From the NCBI GenBank assembly GCA_031419835.1, contig JANOLP010000197.1, positions 1 through 58,812 of the forward strand: a DNA stretch of 58,812 nt, read 5' to 3'. Every line of letters starts with the position of its first letter. The first letter of the stretch is position 1. This document shows positions 48,816 to 57,207 of the stretch, one piece after another. This DNA is from Pseudomonadota bacterium (GTDB lineage Bacteria > Pseudomonadota > Gammaproteobacteria > Burkholderiales > JALYOK01). The notes under the pieces are model-generated. The model was not told where the DNA came from. It saw nothing but the letters and a program-made list of their open reading frames with translations, and searched no databases. The translations under genes and the position numbers were made by a program.

Positions 48816-49604
48816 TTAGTCCTTAAAGGAAAGGGAGAGGGTGCCAAGCGCACCGAAATCTGCCGTGTAGCGCTTGCCTGCTTGAAGCAAAAACGGTACG
48901 ACGCAAGTACCTGTCGTAATGGTTTCGCCAGCGCGTAGCATCAAGCCATAGGTATTCAATTCATTCGCCAACCACGTCAGGGCGAGACGCGGATCGCCGA
49001 GCACGTTCGAGCCGATACCTTCGCAAATAGGCTCGCGATCGCAGCTGACCGTCACGCGATGCTTGGAAAGATCGAGGCTGCGCCAATTGGTTTTAACTTC
49101 GTCGCCCAAGATAAATTCGTGAGCGCAGGCATCGTCCGCGATCAGCGAGGCGCCACCGACTTTGGCAAAATCAATGAAGCGCGAATCGGGTATTTCAATC
49201 GCAGGGTAGAGCGCGCTGACGTTTGTCATCACCTCATCGACGCGATAAGGTTCGGCACGTGCGGGTAAATCTGCGGCCATCCGAAATGCGAATTCCACCT
49301 CGCCGACTTTCATGCCGTTGCCACGCAGCGAAATCGGCATCGACATGGGTAAAACGCGGTTAATGAAAAGGCGACCACCCAGCGGACCGTCGACACCAAT
49401 GTGTTTCTGCCCGGCGGCGCTGGTCGCGGCGATTTTCCAGCCGTACGGTTGCTGCCCGGAGAGGCGCGCCAATGCTTGTTGTACAGCATATCCCTCAACG
49501 CGGTTTTGTGGCGTCGTGCCGCTCGGTAGGCTTGCGATGTGGCGTGCGTTGGTTCTGGCTTGCCAAATGGCTGCGGCAGATTGTTCGATTTGTTCTGGTG
49601 TCAT
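48816..49604 (-). CDS. 2-keto-4-pentenoate hydratase-like (MhpD/HpcG, FAH superfamily) protein
   Basis: 262 aa with the GWKIAATSAAGQ and GDPRLALTWLANEL pattern of this hydratase/decarboxylase family. Confidence 0.75.
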   Translation of the reverse strand: MTPEQIEQSAAAIWQARTNARHIASLPSGTTPQNRVEGYAVQQALARLSGQQPYGWKIAATSAAGQKHIGVDGPLGGRLFINRVLPMSMPISLRGNGMKVGEVEFAFRMAADLPARAEPYRVDEVMTNVSALYPAIEIPDSRFIDFAKVGGASLIADDACAHEFILGDEVKTNWRSLDLSKHRVTVSCDREPICEGIGSNVLGDPRLALTWLANELNTYGLMLRAGETITTGTCVVPFLLQAGKRYTADFGALGTLSLSFKD

Positions 49605-50572
49605 GTATGGCCGGGTCTAACAATGTTAATCAGCGGTTCGCCGCGCGCAAGCCGATTCAAATTGCCTGCAATCTCGAGGCAGCGGCGTACCGTTAAGTTA
49701 TGGGTCCAGCCCGAAGCGTGGGGCGTCATGATGATGTTATCGAGTTCGTGAAATGGTAATTTCGACGGGCGGCCGAAATCCTCACCTTGTTTAGGATAAT
49801 GGTACCAGGTATCGATCACGGCACCGCCAATCCGTTTCGATTTCAGCGCGCCATACAAGGCGGCTTCATCAATGATCGCACCACGCGCGACGTTGACGAT
49901 AACCGAGTTGGATTTCATTTTCGCGAAGACGGCACTATTGAATAATCCTCGGGTGCTGTCCGTTAACGGCGTCGCGATGACGACAAAGTCCGACTCCTGT
50001 AACAAGCGATCAAACTGCGTCATGGCGTCGACGCGTTCGGCGAATTCATCGTTTAATTTTTCAGTGCGCGAACACGCGATTACACGCATCCCGAAAGCTC
50101 GCGCGCGGCGCGCCACTTCGCGGCCGATGCGGCCGTAGCCGACGATGCCCAGCGTTTGGCCGAATAGCTCGCCGTGGCGCGGGCCGCACAAATAAGACCC
50201 CTTCCAACGACCTTGGCGCAGGCCCTGATCCATTGCACGCAGGCCCAAGGTCATTTCCAACATTCCCGCCATGACGTATTCGGCGATGCCAATATCGTGC
50301 TCGAAAACATTGCATACCGTTGTGGATCGCGCCAATTTGGAGAATTGGATCTCATCCGTTCCCGCGCCGGGTAGGTGCAGTAATTTCAGCTTTGATGTGT
50401 CGACGTCCCAACGCCAATCCATGGAAATCATGGCGTCGGCCTGCGCAACGGCTGTCTCAAAGCGGCGGGAATCGCGCTCGTCGGCAACAATTATCTGCCA
50501 ATCCGTTTCCAGAAATTTCTCGACTAAAGCCAATCGGCCATCGTCATCGCATTTTTTTATCAGCAATCGCAT
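49601..50572 (-). CDS. D-isomer-specific 2-hydroxyacid dehydrogenase family protein
   Basis: GIVGYGRIGREVARRA NAD motif and a catalytic R/E/H pattern (NVARG...TPHASG). ATG 50572 preferred over 50596. Confidence 0.85.
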   Translation of the reverse strand: MRLLIKKCDDDGRLALVEKFLETDWQIIVADERDSRRFETAVAQADAMISMDWRWDVDTSKLKLLHLPGAGTDEIQFSKLARSTTVCNVFEHDIGIAEYVMAGMLEMTLGLRAMDQGLRQGRWKGSYLCGPRHGELFGQTLGIVGYGRIGREVARRARAFGMRVIACSRTEKLNDEFAERVDAMTQFDRLLQESDFVVIATPLTDSTRGLFNSAVFAKMKSNSVIVNVARGAIIDEAALYGALKSKRIGGAVIDTWYHYPKQGEDFGRPSKLPFHELDNIIMTPHASGWTHNLTVRRCLEIAGNLNRLARGEPLINIVRPGHT

Positions 50573-50838
50573 AGTCTGTATTTTGGGGTTTCTCAAAAGA
50601 TTGTGAACAAATGTTAACAGCTCTTCCGATCTAGACTGGGTTTAGGTAATGTTCGTCTTGCAACGCTGAACCCTCCCTGTGCATGGAGTTACGTAATCCT
50701 CCTCTGTGCCAGGCCAGCGTTACTCTGGGCCGGGATCCGCAAGGATTCCGGCCTTTTTTCGTTTGGCTGGGGTGGGTTCTTGCCAGCGCCGCCAGGCTCA
50801 TCAATAATGTTGATCCACTCTTTCGGAAAGTCAGCATT

Positions 50839-51225
50839 ATGCCAAGAATCCTTCTGCACTCAAAAAGCATCCCCGCGCCGCGCTTTCGTTACACGCCGTG
50901 CATTAAGACCGGCCCGTTTTATCAACTCTCCGGCATGATCGCCATTACCGACCAAGCGCAACTCGCACCGGGCGGCGCCTATGGTGAAACCCAGACCATT
51001 TTGGCGAACCTGCAAAAGGCGTTGAAAGACTACGGCTTAGGTCTGGAGCATCTGACTATCGCAAGAATTTTCACGACGCGGTTCGATCAGTTTCCTGAAA
51101 TCAATCGCGCCTGGGAGGAAGTGTTTGGCAGTATCGATCCGCCGGCGCGCACGTCAATCGGTGTTGCAAACTTGCCGCTCAACGCTGCGGTGGAAATAGA
51201 GGTCGCTGCCTACAAAGAAGATTGA
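50839..51225 (+). CDS. RidA/YjgF family protein (Arg-containing PARTS motif)
   Basis: 128 aa from ATG 50839. PARTSIGVANLP and VEIEVAA C-terminal pattern. Confidence 0.85.
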   Translation: MPRILLHSKSIPAPRFRYTPCIKTGPFYQLSGMIAITDQAQLAPGGAYGETQTILANLQKALKDYGLGLEHLTIARIFTTRFDQFPEINRAWEEVFGSIDPPARTSIGVANLPLNAAVEIEVAAYKED

Positions 51226-51229
51226 TGCG

Positions 51230-51619
51230 ATGGCGAATGTGAAACACAACATTGGCGTTGCCAGCCAGATTGGCAAGTACAGCGACGCCATCGAAGTGCC
51301 GCCGAACGCGCGCTGGGTCTACACCTCCGGCACACCGGGTTTGGCGCTTGATGGTGCGTTGCCGAAGGACATAAGCGGGCAAGCGGAAATCGCTTGGACT
51401 CACATTGTGACCATGCTCGCAAGAGCAAAAATGGATGTGAGCGATCTCGTCAAAGTCACGCATTATTTATTACGAGCCGAAGATATTCCGGCCTATGTGC
51501 AAGTGCGTGCAAAATTTCTGGGCGATGCACGTCCGGCGTCGATGTTGCTGATCGTGCCGGAGTTGGTTAAGCCGAATTTCTTGCTGGAAATTGAAGCGAT
51601 TGCCGCGAAGGAGGGTTGA
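51230..51619 (+). CDS. RidA/YjgF-superfamily paralogue lacking the conserved Arg
   Basis: 129 aa. PASMLLIVPELV occupies the position of PARS. LEIEAIAA C-terminus. Confidence 0.8.
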   Translation: MANVKHNIGVASQIGKYSDAIEVPPNARWVYTSGTPGLALDGALPKDISGQAEIAWTHIVTMLARAKMDVSDLVKVTHYLLRAEDIPAYVQVRAKFLGDARPASMLLIVPELVKPNFLLEIEAIAAKEG

Positions 51620-51622
51620 GCC

Positions 51623-51862
51623 GTGTTGGCATTGAGACCCAGTTGCGAATGCTGTGACAAAGATCTTCCACCGCAATCCTTGGAAGCCATGATCTGCACT
51701 TTCGAATGTACGTTTTGCCACGACTGTGCCGATAAGAAGCTCAAAGGACGTTGCCCGAATTGCGGCGGCGAGCTGGTGTGACGACCGGTGCGCACGTTGG
51801 AAAAACTCGCCAAATACCCTGCGTCGACAGAGCGTATCTATAAGCCTGCGGGTTGCCCGTAA
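51623..51862 (+). pseudogene. DUF1272 zinc-ribbon protein reading frame interrupted by an in-frame TGA at 51779-51781
   Basis: AAGGAGG Shine-Dalgarno, GTG start, MLALRPSCECCDKDL...CPNCGGELV then TGA. The same frame continues RPVRTLEKLAKYPASTERIYKPAGCP to TAA 51860-51862. Confidence 0.65.
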
Positions 51863-51872
51863 AAAAATTGTG

Positions 51873-51915
51873 GCATGGCCTGCGAGGCAATCCCTGCTTG
51901 CCTCGCAGACCATGC
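51873..51915. repeat. REP-like hairpin (GCATGGCCTGCGAGGCAA / TTGCCTCGCAGACCATGC)
   Basis: 18-bp stem with one mismatch and a 7-nt loop. The core TTGCCTCGCAGAC recurs at 36055-36067. Confidence 0.65.
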
Positions 51916-52022
51916 AGTGCTGGGACCCAATCCAGGGGCTGGCCTAAGGCCATACGGGTTCTGGCAGGGTCATTGAAAAGAATAAATTGGCCGTCACTGC
52001 CAACGTTCTCGCTGCGCTCGGA

Positions 52023-52199
52023 ATTGTCACCTTTAAGATGTCATCCTGAGCAACGCGAAGGATCTGCTTTGTAACGGCGGTAAAAGCAGATCCTTCGCGT
52101 TGCTCAGGATGACATGGGGATGTGGCAACAAGAGCACCGGCGGTTCATGGACCGTGAGCGGTATCGGCCGCGCCGATACGCGCAACTCACAACGATGTC
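52023..52199. repeat. Modular palindromic composite element, copy 2 (left module missing)
   Basis: 78-bp hairpin 52038-52115 plus a right flank (GGTTCATGG, GGTATCGGC/GCCGATAC hairpin) that aligns with copies 1 and 3. The left GCAATCTCG module is absent. Confidence 0.75.
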
Positions 52200-52245
52200 C
52201 GAAAATGGCGAGTGCGAGTCGTCAATCCGGTTCATAATTCGTTCC

Positions 52246-53679
52246 ATGATGCTCGATTCCGACAGTTGCTACCAAGCCGTCAAGGCGCACGATGCGCGCT
52301 TCGACGGACGCTTTTTCACCGGCGTTACATCGACGAAAATTTACTGCCGACCGGTGTGTACCGCCAAAGTCCCGAAGCGTGAAAACTGCCAGTTCTATCC
52401 CAGCGCCGCCGCTGCGGAGAGTGAAGGTTTTCGTCCCTGTCTGCGTTGCCGTCCGGAGTTGGCGCCGGGCAACGCCAGCATCGATAGTAGCGCTCGCATT
52501 GCGCAATCTGCCGCGAGCTTAATCGAAGATGGCGCGGTCAATGGCTCGGGGTTCGAGGAACTTGCACTGCGTTTGGGCGTAACGGATCGCCATTTGCGGC
52601 GTTTGTTTTTTGATGCATTCGGTGTTGCGCCAATCGACTTTGCGCAAACCCAACGGCTATTGCTCGCCAAGCGTTTGCTCACCGATACGAAACTGTCTGT
52701 GACGGATGTCGCGTTCGCTAGTGGTTTTCAGAGCCTGCGGCGCTTTAACGCGCTTTTCAAAGAGCGCTATCGGTTGGCGCCATCGGCCCTACGAAAAAGC
52801 GCCAATGCCTCGACATTTTCCGACGAATTTATTTTCGAGCTTGCCTATCGGCCGCCGTACGACTGGCCGCATCTGCTCTCGTTTCTCGGCAATCGCAGCA
52901 TCGCAGGTGTAGAGATGATCGAAGGCAAAACTTACCGTCGCGGCGTAAAGATCGATGCGAAAGAGGTGAGCCACCGCGGTTGGATCGCGGTTACGCAGCA
53001 CAAAACCAAATCTGTATTGAGTGTGCGCATTTCTGCATCTCTCGCGCGAGTATTGCCGCAAGTGATGAGTCGCGTAAAGCAATTGTTCGATCTAGCCTGC
53101 CAGCCCGCAGAGATCAGCGCCGCGCTCCGCGAATTAGCCCAAGGCAATGACGGCGTTCGCTTGCCCGGCGCATTCGATGGCTTTGAATTGGCCGTTCGAG
53201 CGGTGCTGGGGCAGCAGATAACGGTGCGTGCAGCAACCACGTTGGCAGGCCGTTTTGCCGCAGCGTTCGGCGACGAAATCGCTACCCCTTACGCTGGCAT
53301 TACTCGAACGTTTCCGACCGCCGATCGAATCGCCACGCTAACGGTCGATGAGATCGCCCGATTGGGAATCATCGCGGCGCGGACGCGAACCATTATCGCG
53401 TTAGCGCAACAAATCGCTGCAGGCGAATTACTGCTTGATCCATCGGCGGATGTCGATGCAACGATCGCACAGCTTCGCGCTATTCCCGGTATCGGCGACT
53501 GGACGGCACAATACATCGCCATGCGCGCGCTGGCGTGGCCCGACGCATTTCCCCACACCGACGACGGCGTGATGAAAGCGCTTAATGAAAAAGATCCGCG
53601 CAAGGTGCTTGCGCAGGCTGAAGTGTGGCGGCCTTGGCGTGCGTACGCGGTGATGCATCTTTGGCGATCATTGGAGTGA
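52246..53679 (+). CDS. AdaA-AlkA fusion: Ada Zn-methyl-acceptor domain + AraC HTH + DNA-3-methyladenine glycosylase II
   Basis: CRPVC...CLRCRP Cys4 site, AraC-type HTH ([19 protein letters not shown]), and a C-terminal HhH-GPD domain ([15 protein letters not shown]...WRPWRAYA). ATG 52246 preferred because 52114-52199 is repeat DNA. Confidence 0.85.
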   Translation: MMLDSDSCYQAVKAHDARFDGRFFTGVTSTKIYCRPVCTAKVPKRENCQFYPSAAAAESEGFRPCLRCRPELAPGNASIDSSARIAQSAASLIEDGAVNGSGFEELALRLGVTDRHLRRLFFDAFGVAPIDFAQTQRLLLAKRLLTDTKLSVTDVAFASGFQSLRRFNALFKERYRLAPSALRKSANASTFSDEFIFELAYRPPYDWPHLLSFLGNRSIAGVEMIEGKTYRRGVKIDAKEVSHRGWIAVTQHKTKSVLSVRISASLARVLPQVMSRVKQLFDLACQPAEISAALRELAQGNDGVRLPGAFDGFELAVRAVLGQQITVRAATTLAGRFAAAFGDEIATPYAGITRTFPTADRIATLTVDEIARLGIIAARTRTIIALAQQIAAGELLLDPSADVDATIAQLRAIPGIGDWTAQYIAMRALAWPDAFPHTDDGVMKALNEKDPRKVLAQAEVWRPWRAYAVMHLWRSLE

Positions 53680-53681
53680 CC

Positions 53682-54185
53682 ATGACGACGTTTTATACCT
53701 ATTACGAAAGTCCGCTTGGACAAATTTTGCTGACGGCGACTGATGCCGCGCTGACGGGGCTGCATTTTGTCGGAGAAAAATACTATCCCGGTGTTTCTCC
53801 CGACTGGAGGCGCAACGACGACATTGCCATCATGCAATCCGCCGCAGTGCAACTCGACGAATATTTTGCCGGTAGGCGCGAAGCCTTCGATCTTGCGCTT
53901 GAACCGATTGGTACCGAGTTTCAGCGCAAAGTTTGGCACGCACTAACGAAACTCCGCTTTGGCGAAACGTTATCCTATGGGCAGTTGGCACAGCGAATCG
54001 GGAATCCGAATGCGGTACGCGCGGTAGGCGCTGCGAATGGCCGCAATCCGATTTCCATCGTGGTGCCTTGCCATCGCGTGATCGGCGCAAATGGCACGTT
54101 AACGGGCTACGCCGGCGGCCTGGCGCGTAAAGAAGCGTTACTGCGTTTGGAATCAAACGCCGTCGAGTTTCGCTTGACGTCTTAG
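53682..54185 (+). CDS. ogt: Methylated-DNA--protein-cysteine methyltransferase
   Basis: PCHRV active site and [14 protein letters not shown] context. Starts 3 nt after the previous stop. Confidence 0.9.
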   Translation: MTTFYTYYESPLGQILLTATDAALTGLHFVGEKYYPGVSPDWRRNDDIAIMQSAAVQLDEYFAGRREAFDLALEPIGTEFQRKVWHALTKLRFGETLSYGQLAQRIGNPNAVRAVGAANGRNPISIVVPCHRVIGANGTLTGYAGGLARKEALLRLESNAVEFRLTS

Positions 54186-55180
54186 AACGCTATCAACGCC
54201 AGAGGCGATTCGGCCATCAATGCAATTTGCTCGCGCAATTCGAGAATTCGGTCTTGCCAATAACGCTGCGTGTTGAACCACGGGAACGCTGCAGGGAAAG
54301 CGGGATCGTCCCAGCGCCGCGCGATCCAAGCAGAATAGTGGATCAGTCGCAGTGTGCGCAATGCTTCGATCAAATGCAATTCGCGCCGATCGAACTCATA
54401 AAAATCTTCATAACCGATCAACACATCGGTGAACTGGCGCGTCATGTCGCCGCTCTCGCCGGACAACAACATCCACAGATCTTGAATCGCCGGCCCCATG
54501 CGGCTGTCATCGAAATCGACGAAATGTGGGCCGCCGTCGGTCCACAAAATGTTTCCCTGATGGCAATCGCCATGCAAGCGAATCAGTTTGATTTCGCCCG
54601 CACGCTCGTAACATTGTCGAACGCCAATCAGCGCCTGCTCAACCACGCTAGACCAAGCATCGATGAGGTCCGCAGGCAAAAAATGGCCTGTGAGCAAGTA
54701 CTGGCGCGGCTCTTCACCAAACGTTTCGATGTTGAGCTCTGGCCGTTCGGTAAAATTCTCGATTGCGCCGACGGCATGAATTCTCCCGAGAAAACGGCCG
54801 ACCCATTCCAAGGTATTCGCCTGCTCAAGCTCCGGCGCGCGGCCGCCTTGTTTCGGATAAATCGCAAAACGAAAATCCTGAAAACTGCCCAGCGTTTTTT
54901 CGTTTGTTATCTTTAACGGTGATACAACTGGAATTTCTCGTTCAGCCAATTCTTGCACGAACGAATGTTCTTCCAAAATCTGCGCATCGCTCCAACGTTG
55001 CGGACGATAAAACTTCGTAACGATCAGCGATTCGTCTTCTAGCCAAATTTGATAAACGCGATTTTCGTAGCTGTTGAGTGCGAGCATGCGCCCGTCACAT
55101 TTAAGGCCGGTGCTCTCGATGGCATCGAGCACCAGATCCGGCGTGAGTCCTGCATAAGGTGTTGCGTTCGCCGTTGTCAT
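54182..55180 (-). CDS. srkA: Stress-response Ser/Thr kinase SrkA (YihE/RdoA family)
   Basis: [10 protein letters not shown] motif and aminoglycoside-phosphotransferase-like [11 protein letters not shown]...FVDFDD. Confidence 0.85.
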   Translation of the reverse strand: MTTANATPYAGLTPDLVLDAIESTGLKCDGRMLALNSYENRVYQIWLEDESLIVTKFYRPQRWSDAQILEEHSFVQELAEREIPVVSPLKITNEKTLGSFQDFRFAIYPKQGGRAPELEQANTLEWVGRFLGRIHAVGAIENFTERPELNIETFGEEPRQYLLTGHFLPADLIDAWSSVVEQALIGVRQCYERAGEIKLIRLHGDCHQGNILWTDGGPHFVDFDDSRMGPAIQDLWMLLSGESGDMTRQFTDVLIGYEDFYEFDRRELHLIEALRTLRLIHYSAWIARRWDDPAFPAAFPWFNTQRYWQDRILELREQIALMAESPLALIAF

Positions 55181-55204
55181 GCCGTCATTGTACCTGTGTG
55201 ACTG

Positions 55205-55210
55205 TATAAT
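55205..55210 (+). promoter_or_regulatory. Candidate -10 box (TATAAT) upstream of ettA
   Basis: Perfect TATAAT 29 nt upstream of ATG 55240 in the srkA/ettA divergent spacer. Confidence 0.3.
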
Positions 55211-55239
55211 GCGACGCTGACTTTTTGTAGAACAATCCA

Positions 55240-56904
55240 ATGGCCCAATACGTTTACACCATGAATCGGGTGAGCAAGATCGTGCCCCCGAAACGCACTA
55301 TTCTTAAAGATATTTCGTTGTCGTTTTTTCCTGGCGCCAAAATCGGCGTGTTGGGATTGAACGGTTCCGGTAAATCCTCGCTGCTGAAAATCATGGCGGG
55401 ACTCGACACCGAGATCGAAGGCGAAGCGCGCCCCATGCCGAATTTGAGCATCGGTTATTTGCCGCAGGAGCCGCAACTGGATCCGACAAAAACCGTGCGC
55501 GAAGAAGTCGAAGCCGGCATGGGCGAAGTCATGGAAGCAAAGAAAAAATTGGAGGAGGTGTACGCCGCCTACGCCGAGCCGGATGCGGATTTTGACAAGC
55601 TCGCCGCGGATCAAGCGAAGTATGAAGAGATCCTCGCCGCGAACGGCAACGACACCGAACATCAATTGGAAATCGCGGCAGACGCATTGCGCTTGCCGCC
55701 GTGGGAGGCGAAGATCGCGAATCTTTCCGGCGGCGAAAAGCGCCGCGTCGCGCTGTGCAAATTGTTGCTTTCGAAGCCCGACATGTTGTTACTTGATGAG
55801 CCGACCAACCATTTGGATGCAGAAAGCGTCGATTGGCTTGAGCAATTTCTGCAGCGCTTTCCCGGCACCGTAGTTGGCGTCACTCACGATCGCTATTTTC
55901 TCGATAACGCTGCGGAGTGGATTTTGGAACTCGATCGCGGAATGGGCATTCCGTGGAAGGGCAATTACAGCTCTTGGCTAGAGCAAAAGGGTGATCGCTT
56001 AAAGCAAGAAGAATCGACGGAATCGGCACGACAAAAAGCACTGAAGACGGAGCTAGATTGGGTGCGGCAAAATCCAAAAGGTCGTCAGGCAAAGAGCAAG
56101 GCCCGTCTTGCACGCTTCGATGAATTGAGTTCTTACGAGTATCAAAAACGTAACGAGACGCAGGAGATTTTTATTCCGGTCGGCGAGCGGCTTGGCAATG
56201 AGGTGATCGAGTTTAAAGGCGTGAGCAAAGGTTACGGCGATCGCTTGTTGATCGATAACGCCAGCTTTAACATTCCACCCGGCGCCATCGTCGGCATCAT
56301 CGGGCCGAACGGCGCGGGTAAGTCGACCTTGTTCCGCATGATTACCGGCAAGGAAAAACCCGATAGCGGCGAGATCGTGATCGGCTCAACGGCGATCATT
56401 GCGCAAGTCGATCAATCGCGCGACGCGTTAAGCGGCGACAAAACTGTGTGGGAAGAAATTTCCGGCGGCGCGGACATTATCACCATCGGAAAATTCGAAA
56501 TGCCGTCGCGCGCCTATCTCGGCCGCTTCAATTTCAAAGGTGCGGATCAGCAAAAAATTGTTGGAAATTTATCCGGTGGTGAGCGCGGACGTTTGCATTT
56601 GGCGAAAACATTATTGGCGGGCGGCAACGTATTGTTGCTCGACGAACCGTCTAATGACTTGGACGTGGAAACATTGCGGGCGCTAGAAGATGCGCTGCTA
56701 GAATTTCCTGGCAGTGCCTTAATCGTGTCCCACGATCGCTGGTTCCTCGATCGGATCGCGACACACATTCTGTCGTTCGAAGACGAATCGCAGGTGGTGT
56801 TCTTTAACGGTAATTATCAGGAATACGAAGCGGATAAGAAACAGCGGTTGGGCGAGGAGGGTGCGCGGCCGCATCGCGTACGCTACAAGGCACTGAAGAC
56901 CTAG
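55240..56904 (+). CDS. ettA: Energy-dependent translational throttle protein EttA (ABC-F)
   Basis: MAQYVYTMNRVSKIVPPKR N-terminus, two complete ABC cassettes, 554 aa. Confidence 0.95.
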   Translation: MAQYVYTMNRVSKIVPPKRTILKDISLSFFPGAKIGVLGLNGSGKSSLLKIMAGLDTEIEGEARPMPNLSIGYLPQEPQLDPTKTVREEVEAGMGEVMEAKKKLEEVYAAYAEPDADFDKLAADQAKYEEILAANGNDTEHQLEIAADALRLPPWEAKIANLSGGEKRRVALCKLLLSKPDMLLLDEPTNHLDAESVDWLEQFLQRFPGTVVGVTHDRYFLDNAAEWILELDRGMGIPWKGNYSSWLEQKGDRLKQEESTESARQKALKTELDWVRQNPKGRQAKSKARLARFDELSSYEYQKRNETQEIFIPVGERLGNEVIEFKGVSKGYGDRLLIDNASFNIPPGAIVGIIGPNGAGKSTLFRMITGKEKPDSGEIVIGSTAIIAQVDQSRDALSGDKTVWEEISGGADIITIGKFEMPSRAYLGRFNFKGADQQKIVGNLSGGERGRLHLAKTLLAGGNVLLLDEPSNDLDVETLRALEDALLEFPGSALIVSHDRWFLDRIATHILSFEDESQVVFFNGNYQEYEADKKQRLGEEGARPHRVRYKALKT

Positions 56905-56908
56905 TCCT

Positions 56909-57185
56909 GTCATTGCGAGCTGCCGGTATCGGCGCTGCCAATACTGCTCACGTACCATGAACCGCATGCGCTGTTTCTGGCACCTCCCCATGTCATCCTG
57001 AGCAACGCGAAGGATCTGCTTTTTAACGGCCGTAAAAGCAGATCCTTCGCGTTGCTCAGGATGACATGTTTAAAGGTGACAATCCCCTTACGGTTCATGG
57101 AAAGAAGCGAAGCGACGAAGCAATCTCGATTTTTCGTCGCAAAATACGAGATTGCTTCGTCGCGAAAACCGCTCCTCGCAATGAC
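56909..57185. repeat. Modular palindromic composite element, copy 3 (inverted relative to copy 1)
   Basis: Bounded by GTCATTGCGAG / CTCGCAATGAC. 78-bp hairpin 56990-57067. GACGAAGCAATCTCG/CGAGATTGCTTCGTC hairpin 57113-57159. Confidence 0.85.
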
Positions 57186-57207
57186 TTGGTCGTTGTGAAT
57201 TCGCGCA

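Noticed and set aside
51779-51781. The in-frame TGA of the DUF1272 gene as a selenocysteine codon.
   Set aside because: I could not see a convincing SECIS-type stem-loop immediately downstream. The position is expected to be Arg rather than Cys in the family, and no sel genes are visible. Nonsense mutation or read-through is more parsimonious.
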